A DNA stretch of 64,000 nucleotides, from contig JBKPCV010000033.1 of NCBI GenBank assembly GCA_046727575.1, positions 1,006 through 65,005 on the forward strand, written 5' to 3'. Made by a program: the position numbers and the translations under genes. The DNA is from Actinomycetota bacterium. Lineage in GTDB: Bacteria > Actinomycetota > Acidimicrobiia > IMCC26256 > DASPTH01. The notes below the pieces were generated by a model. That model was not told the DNA's origin, ran no database searches, and worked only from the letters and a program-made list of their open reading frames with translations. Shown piece by piece: positions 55,203 to 63,756 of this stretch (its first letter is position 1; each line of letters opens with the position of its first letter).

Positions 55203-55337
55203 ATGCGGTACGGCCCGAAGCACGAAAAGTTGGAGTGGATCCGTGATCGGTGGCTCGTGATCCTCGTGGTGCTGGTCCTTGTCGCTGGGATCGTTTCGGC
55301 GTTGCTTCTCACCCAAGGTTCGGGTACTGGCTACTAG
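55203..55337 (+). CDS. 44-aa signal-anchor peptide ending in a Gly/Ser/Thr tract; architecture like 54209..54373
   Basis: MRYGPKHEKLEWIRDRWLVILVVLVLVAGIVSALLLTQGSGTGY stop. Confidence 0.35.
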   Translation: MRYGPKHEKLEWIRDRWLVILVVLVLVAGIVSALLLTQGSGTGY

Positions 55338-55592
55338 CGGCTGAGAACGACGAAGCCCCGCCACCAGGACCGGGGGAGGGCAACATCGAATCGTGGGCGC
55401 GGGTCGGGCTACGAGCCGCTGTTTGCCGAGTCGACGGCCAGGCGTCGTCGAACTTGCTCTGCACCTGAACGCAGAGGAACACAGCCGCGAGCTCCACGCG
55501 CCATATCTGCCAGTGAGTATGTGATCTGTCGTTGGGGTCCACCATCGCGTTGATGGCGGCCGCTACGTTCAGCGCCCGCACGTTGGTCTGAC

Positions 55593-55847
55593 TTGTTGTT
55601 GCACCGAGGTTGTTGGGTGCTTGTCGACCGGCGGCGCGGTCGGAATGCCAACGACCGGCTCTCGGCGCTCGTACAGCTCGCCACGCCGCTCGGTCTCTTC
55701 GCCGAAGAGATGGACCCCACCAGCCTCGATCACCTCGGCAACTATCCCCAGGCGCTCACCCACGCCGCGCTCATCCAAGCCGCACTCGCGCTCCGAGACG
55801 CCCAAGCCCCACCAGCTCCGCAAGGAACCACAATCGACGGGTCATGA
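55593..55847 (+). pseudogene. C-terminal fragment of a GH15 glucoamylase-like protein
   Basis: LGLFAEEMDPTSLDHLGNYPQALTHAALIQAALAL matches the conserved GH15 C-terminus (GLLSEE.DP..G..LGNFPQAFSH..LI). No upstream catalytic domain is present. Confidence 0.6.
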
Positions 55848-55900
55848 TGACCGACAGGACCATGCTCACTGCGACCAGTCGTCAGCAATGGGTCGCGGTT

Positions 55901-56388
55901 TCAGCCCGACGTGGCGACGCCGCTCACCGCTTTCAAGATGTCGTCGTGCTCAACATCGAACTTGTCACACAGGCGATGCAGTAGCTGAGTGTTCATGAGC
56001 GCGAACCCCACGCCCTGCTGCACTTCCTTGGTGACCTTCGTGTTCTCGGTTAGGAGGTCGTTGTCGTGCAACGCCAGCTAGCTGCTGATGGCGTCCTGAC
56101 GCTTCGCCGCGATGAGAAGCGCCGCCGCTTGTACGCCGCGAGCATCGACAAGAACAGGTTCAACAGGATGTATGGGTACGGGTCGAAGCCATGCTCGCCG
56201 CGGCTGCCCCCGAAATAGAACACCGGTTTGAGGATGGCCCAGAGAATCATCACGCCGAAGAAGCAACAGACGAAGACCCACGATCCCATGGCGTTGCGCA
56301 TTGCGTCCGCTGCCCGCTCACCGACCGTGAGTTGATCCGCCTTACGGACCGCCGGGTGCTTGTGCCACTTACCACCCTCAATGGCCAT
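55901..56388 (-). pseudogene. DUF1003-family membrane protein with a frameshift and an in-frame TAG
   Basis: MAIEGGKWHKHPAVRKADQLTVGERAADAMRNAMGSW...GFDPYPYILLNLFLSMLAA, then the frame switches to VQAAALLIAAKRQDAISS-TAG-LALHDNDLLTENTKVTKEV. Confidence 0.65.
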
Positions 56389-56853
56389 TGGCTTTGTCTC
56401 TCTCGTCACGTACACCTCCAGCTACTCTCTGGCGCCGTCAATCGCATGCCGTCCAGGTCCCGGCGTGGCATCCCCCACCGCTCGTTCGACAGCTCCCAGT
56501 CCTACAAGTGCGGCCGCGAGACGCAGGGACGAAAGCTGCCGGTCAGTGCGCGGCAGCGGTCGCGAGGATGGCAGCGTCGGCACATGGGCGGCGGCGCCTT
56601 GGAGCTATCCGTGAGAGTTTGTAGCTGCGGGCTACGTCGTCAAGGAGCGACGGCTGTCGGAACCGTTGCCACTAGCAGCGTGACAATGGAGTGTTCGAGG
56701 GCCGTCAGGCCGACGAAGCCGGACCCGACGCGCACTGAACGCGAAGTCGCGTAACGACCCGGCCGTCGAAACGGGGACGTTCTCGAGCGGCTCTGCTCGC
56801 GCGCGCAGGCTGCCCAGCGGTGGGCGCCGGTCGGGCTGGGTGAACGGCGAGGC

Positions 56854-58062
56854 TCACGATCGTGTCGGGTCTCGGGGTCCGTGGCTGGGTCGGTGTGTGC
56901 CGGCGATGCCGGCGGCATAGACGAGCACGGTGATCATGAGCAGGACCGCGAGGGCGGCGAGTCCCGTGGTCGTCGTCGGTTGAAGCGTGACGGCAGTGAG
57001 CGCCCCGAGGACCCAGATGAGCTGGTAGAGGGTCTCGAAGCGGGCGAATGCTCGGCCGCGGGCGGCGTCGGGGGCGTCGCGTTGGAGGATGCTGTCGAAG
57101 CCTTGGCGGCCGATGGTGACTGCACAGATGACCGCGAAGACCGCGGCGAGTTCGCTGCCCCGCTCGAGGTGCACGGCGGCGGCGAGTGAGCCGAGCCCGG
57201 CGGTGAGCAACGCGATGACGAGGAGGGGTTCCTCGCGGCGCAAGTGGCGGCGGAAGAAGGGGCTGACGAGCGTTCCGGACAGTCCTCCCAGGACGCCACT
57301 CAGTGCAATCGCACCGAAGAACCAGAGGGGCTCGCCGGAGCGCTTGAGCGCGAAGGCGACCAAGAAGGTCAGGAAGCCGACCGCGGCGCGCAGCACGCTC
57401 ATCGCCCCAGCAGAGAGTCGGACGGTCGGCGCGCGGAGTTCCTGCTGTTCGAGCGTGGCCGGCGGCAGCTGCGTCGTCTGATTGGGCCCGATCCGCACCG
57501 CGAAGACGGCGCCGGCGAAGTACACGAGGGAAGCGACGCGCAGGACCCCGGTGGCGCTCCCGAGAGTCAGGATGCCGGTCGCAATGCCGCCGCCAACGAG
57601 ACTCGCGATGGTGGAGATCCGCGCCAGTCGCGAGTTTGCTTCGACGAGGTCCGCGTTGTCTCCGATCATGGCAGGCACGAGCGCGCTCTTGCTGACGGAG
57701 TAGGCCTTGCCGAAGACGAGGACTCCGAAGGCCTCGGGATAGAGCAGCACGGTGCGAAGATCCCCGGCGATGAAGAGACACAGGATCCCTCGCACCAAGC
57801 AGGTGAAGGCCACGACCAGGTGTCGGGCGGAACCGAACCGGTCGATGAGCGGTCCGATCAGCGGCGCGAGCACCAGGAACGGCGCCAGCGTCAAGGCCAG
57901 GTACACGATGACGCGTGGTCGCGCCGCGCCCACGGAAACGTTGAAGAACAGCGACCCGGCGAGCGACACCGCGAAGAACGCGTCTGCGCCGGTGCTGCAC
58001 GCATGGGTGTAGGAGAGTCTCGCGATCGACTTCGGGCCGACGATGCGCTCCAAGAGCGTCAT
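56854..58062 (-). CDS. MFS transporter
   Basis: 12 TM-like segments. LAPLIGPLIDRFGSARH. Full-length ORF with no disruption seen. Confidence 0.8.
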   Translation of the reverse strand: MTLLERIVGPKSIARLSYTHACSTGADAFFAVSLAGSLFFNVSVGAARPRVIVYLALTLAPFLVLAPLIGPLIDRFGSARHLVVAFTCLVRGILCLFIAGDLRTVLLYPEAFGVLVFGKAYSVSKSALVPAMIGDNADLVEANSRLARISTIASLVGGGIATGILTLGSATGVLRVASLVYFAGAVFAVRIGPNQTTQLPPATLEQQELRAPTVRLSAGAMSVLRAAVGFLTFLVAFALKRSGEPLWFFGAIALSGVLGGLSGTLVSPFFRRHLRREEPLLVIALLTAGLGSLAAAVHLERGSELAAVFAVICAVTIGRQGFDSILQRDAPDAARGRAFARFETLYQLIWVLGALTAVTLQPTTTTGLAALAVLLMITVLVYAAGIAGTHRPSHGPRDPTRS

Positions 58063-58209
58063 GGTCGTCTCCGGACCCGATCAACAGTTACTGCCGCCGA
58101 CCGGTCGGCAGCGCGAGCGGAGCGAGATGACGCTCCAGTGCCGGGCGATGTGGCACCCTGCGCTGGTAGGTTGTTTGCACGCTCGAGCAACCGCAAGCGA
58201 GGCGATGCT

Positions 58210-58686
58210 GTGCGACGAACCTTCGTCCTGGCAGCCTCGGTCGTAGCTGTCATGACCGCGTGTACCGGCGGGGGCTCCAACACCAGCGACCGACCCGCCG
58301 CCATCTACTCCGCCGTGATCCGCGCGGTCCTCGCTGACACGTCGCATCCCAAGATCAGTTCGGACACCAGCGTCTTCGTCGTTGCCGCCCACGAGCGCGC
58401 GCCCATCCCCTTCGAAGTACAAGCCGACATCGTCGCCGAGCTGCACGAACTCGCCACGATCCGTTTTGTTGACCACCGCGTCGAAGCAATCGACGACTCC
58501 AGCCCGACCAGGCCCGTCAACGACAACGGCATCCTCATTACGCTCGGCAAGATACCCAGCCGAGCGAACACCGTCACCGTCAAAGCCGGCCGCTACCTCA
58601 ACGCCACCGACACCGTGGCATACCGCGTCACCGTCAAACGAACCAACGCCCACTGGAAACCGATCGCAACGACCAGCCAACCGTGA
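58210..58686 (+). CDS. lipoprotein of unknown function
   Basis: In frame with ORF 57244..58686, GTG 58210. VRRTFVLAASVVAVMTACTGGGS lipobox. Confidence 0.6.
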   Translation: MRRTFVLAASVVAVMTACTGGGSNTSDRPAAIYSAVIRAVLADTSHPKISSDTSVFVVAAHERAPIPFEVQADIVAELHELATIRFVDHRVEAIDDSSPTRPVNDNGILITLGKIPSRANTVTVKAGRYLNATDTVAYRVTVKRTNAHWKPIATTSQP

Positions 58687-58773
58687 CCAAGAACAAGCAC
58701 AACTCGCGATTTTCGATCTTCTCCAGGTAACCGTGTTGCTGGTGACCGAACTCGTCACCAACACGGCGTCACC

Positions 58774-59526
58774 GTGGGGTTCCTCCGGCGGTTCACCCGC
58801 CGCAGCTTCGAGGCACGCCGACCGCTCAAGATCGGGCTCGCAGTGCTCGGGTCGATGTCCTTCCAGGGCTCGTTGATCGGTTGGGTCGCCGACCATCGTC
58901 GACACCACCGGTATGCCGACCGGCCGGGCGACCCCCACTCGCCCACCTGGCGAGGTGCCGACCACCTGTCGGGATGGCGCGGCCTCTTCCACGCGCACGC
59001 CGGGTGGTTCTACTACAACGAGACCAGCCCGCGCTCCGAGTACGCAGCGGACTTGCTCGCTGATCCCGACTTGGTGGTGATCGACCATCTCTTCGTGCCG
59101 TGCTGCGTAGCAACCCTCATGCTGCCCTTCGGTGTCGGGTACCTCGTGACCGGCACGTTGGCCGGTGCCCTCGGTGCGCTGGTGTGGGCGGGGGTCCTGC
59201 GAGTCGGCATCGGCCACAACCTGACGTGGTCGATCAACTCCATCTGCCACCGCTTCGGCAAGCGGCCGTTCCGCACCCGCGACAACAGCACGAATGTCGC
59301 GGTCCTCGCGCTATTCACCGGGGGCGAGTCGTGGCACAACGCCCACCACGCATTCCCGACCTCGGCCCGTCACGGGGCGGACCGCTTCCAGCTCGACACG
59401 TCAGCTGCGCTGATCCGCCTCTTCGAGCGTCTCGGCTGGGCAACCAACGTGCACTGGCCCTCCGCCCGGCAGCTCGACGCTCGACGCTTCGGCACGCCCG
59501 CGGGTGCGGCGGGACGTGCATCCTGA
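58774..59526 (+). pseudogene. membrane acyl-CoA/acyl-lipid desaturase lacking the N-terminal TM region and with a degenerate first His box
   Basis: HGVTVGFLRRFTRRSFEARRPLKIG where HRLxxHRSF is expected. Later boxes are intact (WVADHRRHHRYAD; ESWHNAHHAFP). Confidence 0.55.
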
Positions 59527-59879
59527 GTTGGCGGCGAAGCGCCACGTCGCCGCCTCGCGGAAGCCCTTTCTTCGTCCCCCTTCGCCCTACGCGGTGGGTT
59601 CCGGTGAGCCCTCTTCAGTGGCGCCTTCTCAGCTGGCCTGTCTGGCTTCCCACCCGGTTCCCTGCGACGTCATCGACGCTCGAACTGGTTCCGCGGCCGT
59701 GGCGATCCTCGAGGGCTGCTCCTGACCGTCGACCTTCGGGTATCGCAACCCGCCCAGCCGAATACCGTGCGCCTCATGCGGCCGCGAATGTTGGCCACGA
59801 CCCCGATGCGAGCTCGCTTCGGTCGAACCACTGACCACAGCCGCGGCATTGCGGTGGCGACCTTCAACCGGCGATCAAC

Positions 59880-60965
59880 GCGGTGACCTCCCCAGTGACG
59901 ACAAGGTCGAGGTGATTGCCTACGTCCCCGTCCGAGTCCCGGCCGGCCAGTGCGAGTGGCATATGCACGGTTCCGACGAATCGGTATGACGCCATGGACC
60001 GCGTCCCGCGGGTGGCGGCGTGACGTCGCTCGAGGCGAAGACCCGCTACGCGTTCGGTTCCGCGGAACTCCAGTCGTGCGTCACCAACCCTGCTTTGCCA
60101 CCTTCGAAGTCGGTCCAGCTGATGACGGCGAGGTTCGGCACTGCAATCGGGCCAGTCCTGATGCTGGCCACGTGCGCCGATGGACGGACAGCGCTGGCAG
60201 GTCGTAGCCGGGCAATGCAGCACGACCGGAGCTACTCGCGCTTCCAAATGGCTCTTGCAGGTGCCCGTGGCGCGGGTGCATCCGCGAATCTGCAGGTTCT
60301 GATCTGATCTGAACTGGGTCAGCGTCGCGTGAAGAACGACGAGCGCGACGCGCTCGACTTGGTTGACATGTTTCGAGTGGGTCGGGTTGCCCCCGGGGTG
60401 GATCGCGCCACCTGCGATTCGGGAGCTTCGAGAGCTGGTGCGTTATCGGGCCAAGTTGGTCGCACCACGTTCGGGACTCAAAGCGCCGATGCACGCGGTG
60501 ACGGCCAACGATCGTGTCGTGCCGACGGTGGCGGACATGTCATGTCAGGCCGGCGACGCGCAGCTCTGACGCGATGGCGATAGCAGCCAACTACGTGACT
60601 TGTGTCTAGTCGCTGTGTGATTTTGATCGCGGTCTAGGACCGTGATCTCGTCATGCTCGAGTGCAAGATCCAAGCCCCAGGCGCGGCGCACCGCGGCTAT
60701 CTGGCGATGCAGGCCGTCAACGGGGTTGGCCGCCAGGCAAAGCCGAGCTGGTCGTCGCCGCTGGCGAAGCTGCAGGGCAAGGACCGACGACCGAGGTGGC
60801 CACCGACCTCGCCGGCGCGGTCCAGGTGGAGCTATCTCCACGGGTCGGGCCAACCCTTCGAAGCCGAACCCGCCAACCGGTTCTCTTTGAGTTCTGTCAT
60901 CTCGCTACGAACGCGCTTAGGTGATCGTCACGTCGGACAAAGCCCTTCGGTCGCTACGGCGTAGT
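59880..60965 (+). pseudogene. IS110-family transposase remnant, multiple frameshifts
   Basis: KNDERDALDLVDMFRVGR / WIAPPAIRELRELVRYRAKLVAPRSGLKAPMHAV in two frames (60329-60570). Weaker N- and C-terminal similarity is spread over three frames. Confidence 0.5.
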
Positions 60966-61161
60966 TCGGCGACGCCAACGTCGCTGCCGCCATGACAAGC
61001 ACCGGGGCACCGCGAGGCGCAGTCGCGCCACATCGCTGTCGCCACCGGGTGAAAACTGACCTCTTATCACCGGTCGAAAACTGACCCCCTTCTGGTCGGG
61101 TCCACCACTTGGAGTGTTGGGACTCGGACCCTGGTTCGATCACGAGCCGGGGAGGAAGGGC

Positions 61162-62370
61162 GTGATCGATGTGGAGGATTGGGCCGAGATTCGTCGGTTG
61201 CATCGGGCGGAGGGGTTGAGCATCAGGGCGATCGTCCGGCGCTTGGGGGTGTCGCGGAACACGGTGCGCGACGCGCTGCGCAGCGGTGAGCCGCCGCGTT
61301 ATGAACGTCCAGCGAGGGGCTCGGCGGTGGATGCGGTCGAGCCGCTGATCCGCGACTTGTTGCGCGAGTTTCCGACGATGCCGGCGACGGTGATCGGGGA
61401 ACGGATCGGCTGGACGCGTGGGATCACGATCCTGCGCGACCGGGTCGGGGAGTTGCGACCGTTGTTCGTGCCGCCGGATCCGTGTCAGCGCACGACCTAC
61501 TTGCCGGGTGAGCTCGCCCAGTTCGACCTATGGCAACCCGACATCGAGATCCCGGTGGGGTTCGGCCAGCACGACAAGTTCTGGGTCGTGGTCGGTGTCA
61601 GTGGTTTCTCGAGGCTGATCGCAGCGTGGATGGTTCCTTCCCGGGCCGCGCATGACGTGCTGGGCGGCATGTTGCACGTGCTCGATCAGTTCGGTGCCGT
61701 CCCGCGTACCGCGGTGTGGGACCAGGAGGGTTGTATCGGCGCGTGGCGGGCCGGCCGTCAGGTCCTCACCCGCGACTTCCAAGCATTTCGCGGCACACTC
61801 GGCATGAGTGTTCGGTTGTGCGCACCGGCCGATCCCGAAGCCAAAGGGATGGTCGAGCGCACGAACGGCTATTTCGAGACGAGCTTTCTGCCCGGTCGGT
61901 GTTTCGATCACGTCGAGGACTTCAACCGGCAACTGACAGGCTGGCTGCGTCGGGCGAATAACCGGATTCATGGCACGACGAGACAGCGACCATCGGAGGC
62001 GATCTATGAGGACCGCGGGTCGATGATGAGCTTCCCTCCGGTGCTTCCCGATCCGTCGTGGCGGTTCACGACCCGCCTCCCACGTGATCACTACGTGCGG
62101 GTCGACAGCAACGACTACTCGGTCAACCCGCGCTTCGTCGGCCGTCGGATCGAGGTGCGCGTGACGCTGGACGAAGTGATCGCGACCTGTGACGGCACCG
62201 AGGTCGCCCGTCATCGTCGCTGCTTGGCGAAGCACCAGACGTTGCTGCATCCCCGACATGCACGGGTGCTGCGTGCGATACGCGCCGAGCAGCAGATCGC
62301 GTCGGAGTTCGTCGACACGGTCGAAGAACGTGACCTCGCCGATTACGACCGGGCACTCGGGGTCGCGTGA
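61162..62370 (+). CDS. istA: IS21-family transposase IstA
   Basis: GGAGGAAGGGC then GTG 61162. VIDVEDWAEIRRLHRAEGLSIRAIVRRLGVSRNTVRDAL HTH, DDE core (FDLWQP...WDQEG...ERTNGY). Confidence 0.9.
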   Translation: MIDVEDWAEIRRLHRAEGLSIRAIVRRLGVSRNTVRDALRSGEPPRYERPARGSAVDAVEPLIRDLLREFPTMPATVIGERIGWTRGITILRDRVGELRPLFVPPDPCQRTTYLPGELAQFDLWQPDIEIPVGFGQHDKFWVVVGVSGFSRLIAAWMVPSRAAHDVLGGMLHVLDQFGAVPRTAVWDQEGCIGAWRAGRQVLTRDFQAFRGTLGMSVRLCAPADPEAKGMVERTNGYFETSFLPGRCFDHVEDFNRQLTGWLRRANNRIHGTTRQRPSEAIYEDRGSMMSFPPVLPDPSWRFTTRLPRDHYVRVDSNDYSVNPRFVGRRIEVRVTLDEVIATCDGTEVARHRRCLAKHQTLLHPRHARVLRAIRAEQQIASEFVDTVEERDLADYDRALGVA

Positions 62371-63143
62371 TGAGCACCACGAAGCCGAGTGCGGACATCG
62401 CATATCTGTGCCGGGCGCTCAAGGCACCCTCGCTGGCACGCTCCTGCGAACGGCTCGCCGAACGGGCGCGGGCCGAGAGCTGGACCCATGAAGAGTTCCT
62501 CGCCGCCTGTCTCGAGCGCGAGGTCGCGGCGCGTCAAGACCACGGCGGTGAGGGCCGCATCCGCGCCGCGCGGTTCCCGGCCCGCAAGACCCTCGAGGAC
62601 TTCGACTTCGCCTTCCAACGCTCGCTGAAGCGTGAGGTGATCGCGCACCTCGGCACCCTCGACTTCATCGCCGAGCGCGCCAACGTCGTGTTCCTCGGGC
62701 CGCCCGGCACCGGCAAGACCCACCTCGCGATCGGGATCTCGATCCGAGCCTGCCAAGCCGGTCATCGCGTCGCGTTCGCCACTGCGACCGAATGGGTCGC
62801 CCGCCTCGGCGACGCCCACACCCACGGACGACTCCACGACGAGCTCCGACGGCTCGGACGCACCCCACTGCTCGTCATCGACGAAGTCGGCTACATCCCC
62901 TTCGAAGCCGAAGCCGCCAACCTGTTCTTCCAACTCGTCAGCTCCCGCTACGAACGCGCATCGGTCATCGTGACCAGCAACAAACCCTTCGGCCGCTGGG
63001 GCGAAGTCTTCGGTGACGCCACCGTCGCCGCCGCCATGATCGACCGGCTCGTCCACCACGCCGAAGTCGTCTCCCTCAAGGGCGACAGCTACCGCCTCAA
63101 AGACCGCGACCTCGGGAGGGTGCCCAACGACGACGCAGCGTGA
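62367..63143 (+). CDS. istB: IS21-family helper ATPase IstB
   Basis: ATG overlaps the istA stop. FLGPPGTGKTHLA Walker A, LLVIDEVGY Walker B. Confidence 0.92.
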   Translation: MMSTTKPSADIAYLCRALKAPSLARSCERLAERARAESWTHEEFLAACLEREVAARQDHGGEGRIRAARFPARKTLEDFDFAFQRSLKREVIAHLGTLDFIAERANVVFLGPPGTGKTHLAIGISIRACQAGHRVAFATATEWVARLGDAHTHGRLHDELRRLGRTPLLVIDEVGYIPFEAEAANLFFQLVSSRYERASVIVTSNKPFGRWGEVFGDATVAAAMIDRLVHHAEVVSLKGDSYRLKDRDLGRVPNDDAA

Positions 63144-63217
63144 CCACGGGCCCCGACCAAGGGGGTCAATTTTCAGCCGGTGGAAGGGGGTCAATTTTCA
63201 GCCGGTGTTGACAATCG

Positions 63218-63241
63218 CTTCTACCGGATCTTCTACCGGAT
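63218..63241 (+). repeat. second copy of (cttctaccggat)2; candidate arm-type site (P arm), 112 bp from the attR core
   Basis: Identical to 35187-35210. It abuts the IS21 target duplication. Confidence 0.5.
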
Positions 63242-63353
63242 GCTCCGCCACGAGACCTCAGAGACCGTCATCCGTCGAATGCCGTCCGAGTGAAACCGCA
63301 GGTCAACAGGCCTGTGCGACATCGGCCGACACCCGCCGACACCTCTCGGAACG

Positions 63354-63398
63354 GACTACGGATCAGAAGGTTGGGGGTTCGAATCCCTCCGAGCGCGC
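63354..63398 (+). repeat. attR core: displaced 3-prime portion of tRNA-Arg
   Basis: Exact 45/45 match to 35084-35128. Upstream sequence is unrelated to the tRNA 5-prime half. Confidence 0.9.
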
Positions 63399-63547
63399 GC
63401 CTTGTAGAGCAAGGGTTGTAGCGCCTCTTGCGGTCTGGAACGTTCGCGGCCACGTCCGTGATCTGCTAATCCGCCGCTAACCCGTAGTCCCAAGCGATTC
63501 CGGATGGTCGGGCCCCTTGGAGTCACGGTCTGTCCCCTTGTGGTAGA

Positions 63548-63577
63548 CGGCATCTGACTTTGACCGGCATCTGACTT
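63548..63577 (+). repeat. 13-bp direct repeat cggcatctgactt x2 (17-bp period) sharing gcatctgact with the tRNA-Arg anticodon arm
   Basis: Seen directly at 63548-63560 and 63565-63577. The tRNA has agcatctgacta at 35077-35088. Confidence 0.4.
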
Positions 63578-63756
63578 GGGAGCGGATGCGTCCGGCTCGG
63601 CGGGCCGCTGTGATCAGGGCCGTCCGGGATCGCGATCGTCCACGGCGACCCGCTCGCGCGGGGGTGCGGGGGAGCCGACAGGACCGCCCTCGTCGAGATC
63701 CGACCTCCGCGCTGAGTGCTGATGCGCGCTTCGGCTCGGCCGGCTGTGCCTACGAG

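Larger units (their letters stand above)
61037..63213 (+). mobile_element. IS21-family insertion sequence, apparently intact (2177 bp)
   Basis: Imperfect ~53-bp terminal inverted repeats beginning TGTC, each with two caccggNNgaaaaYtgacc sub-repeats. 5-bp direct target duplication ATCGC (61032-61036 / 63214-63218). Carries istA and istB. Confidence 0.9.
35084..63398. mobile_element. about 28.3 kb integrated element (integrative mobilizable element-like, composite and decayed) in the 3-prime half of tRNA-Arg
   Basis: Exact 45-bp direct repeats at both ends. Integrase adjacent to the tRNA. XRE/Xis/MobF relaxase module, IS elements, many broken genes. Core genes on both flanks. Confidence 0.85.

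Noticed and set aside
63205-63480. 91-aa plus ORF containing TDQKVGGSNPSERA. The same string appears in ORF 34572..35222.
   Set aside because: It is a translation artefact of the tRNA-Arg T-arm and acceptor sequence present in attL and attR, not a gene.
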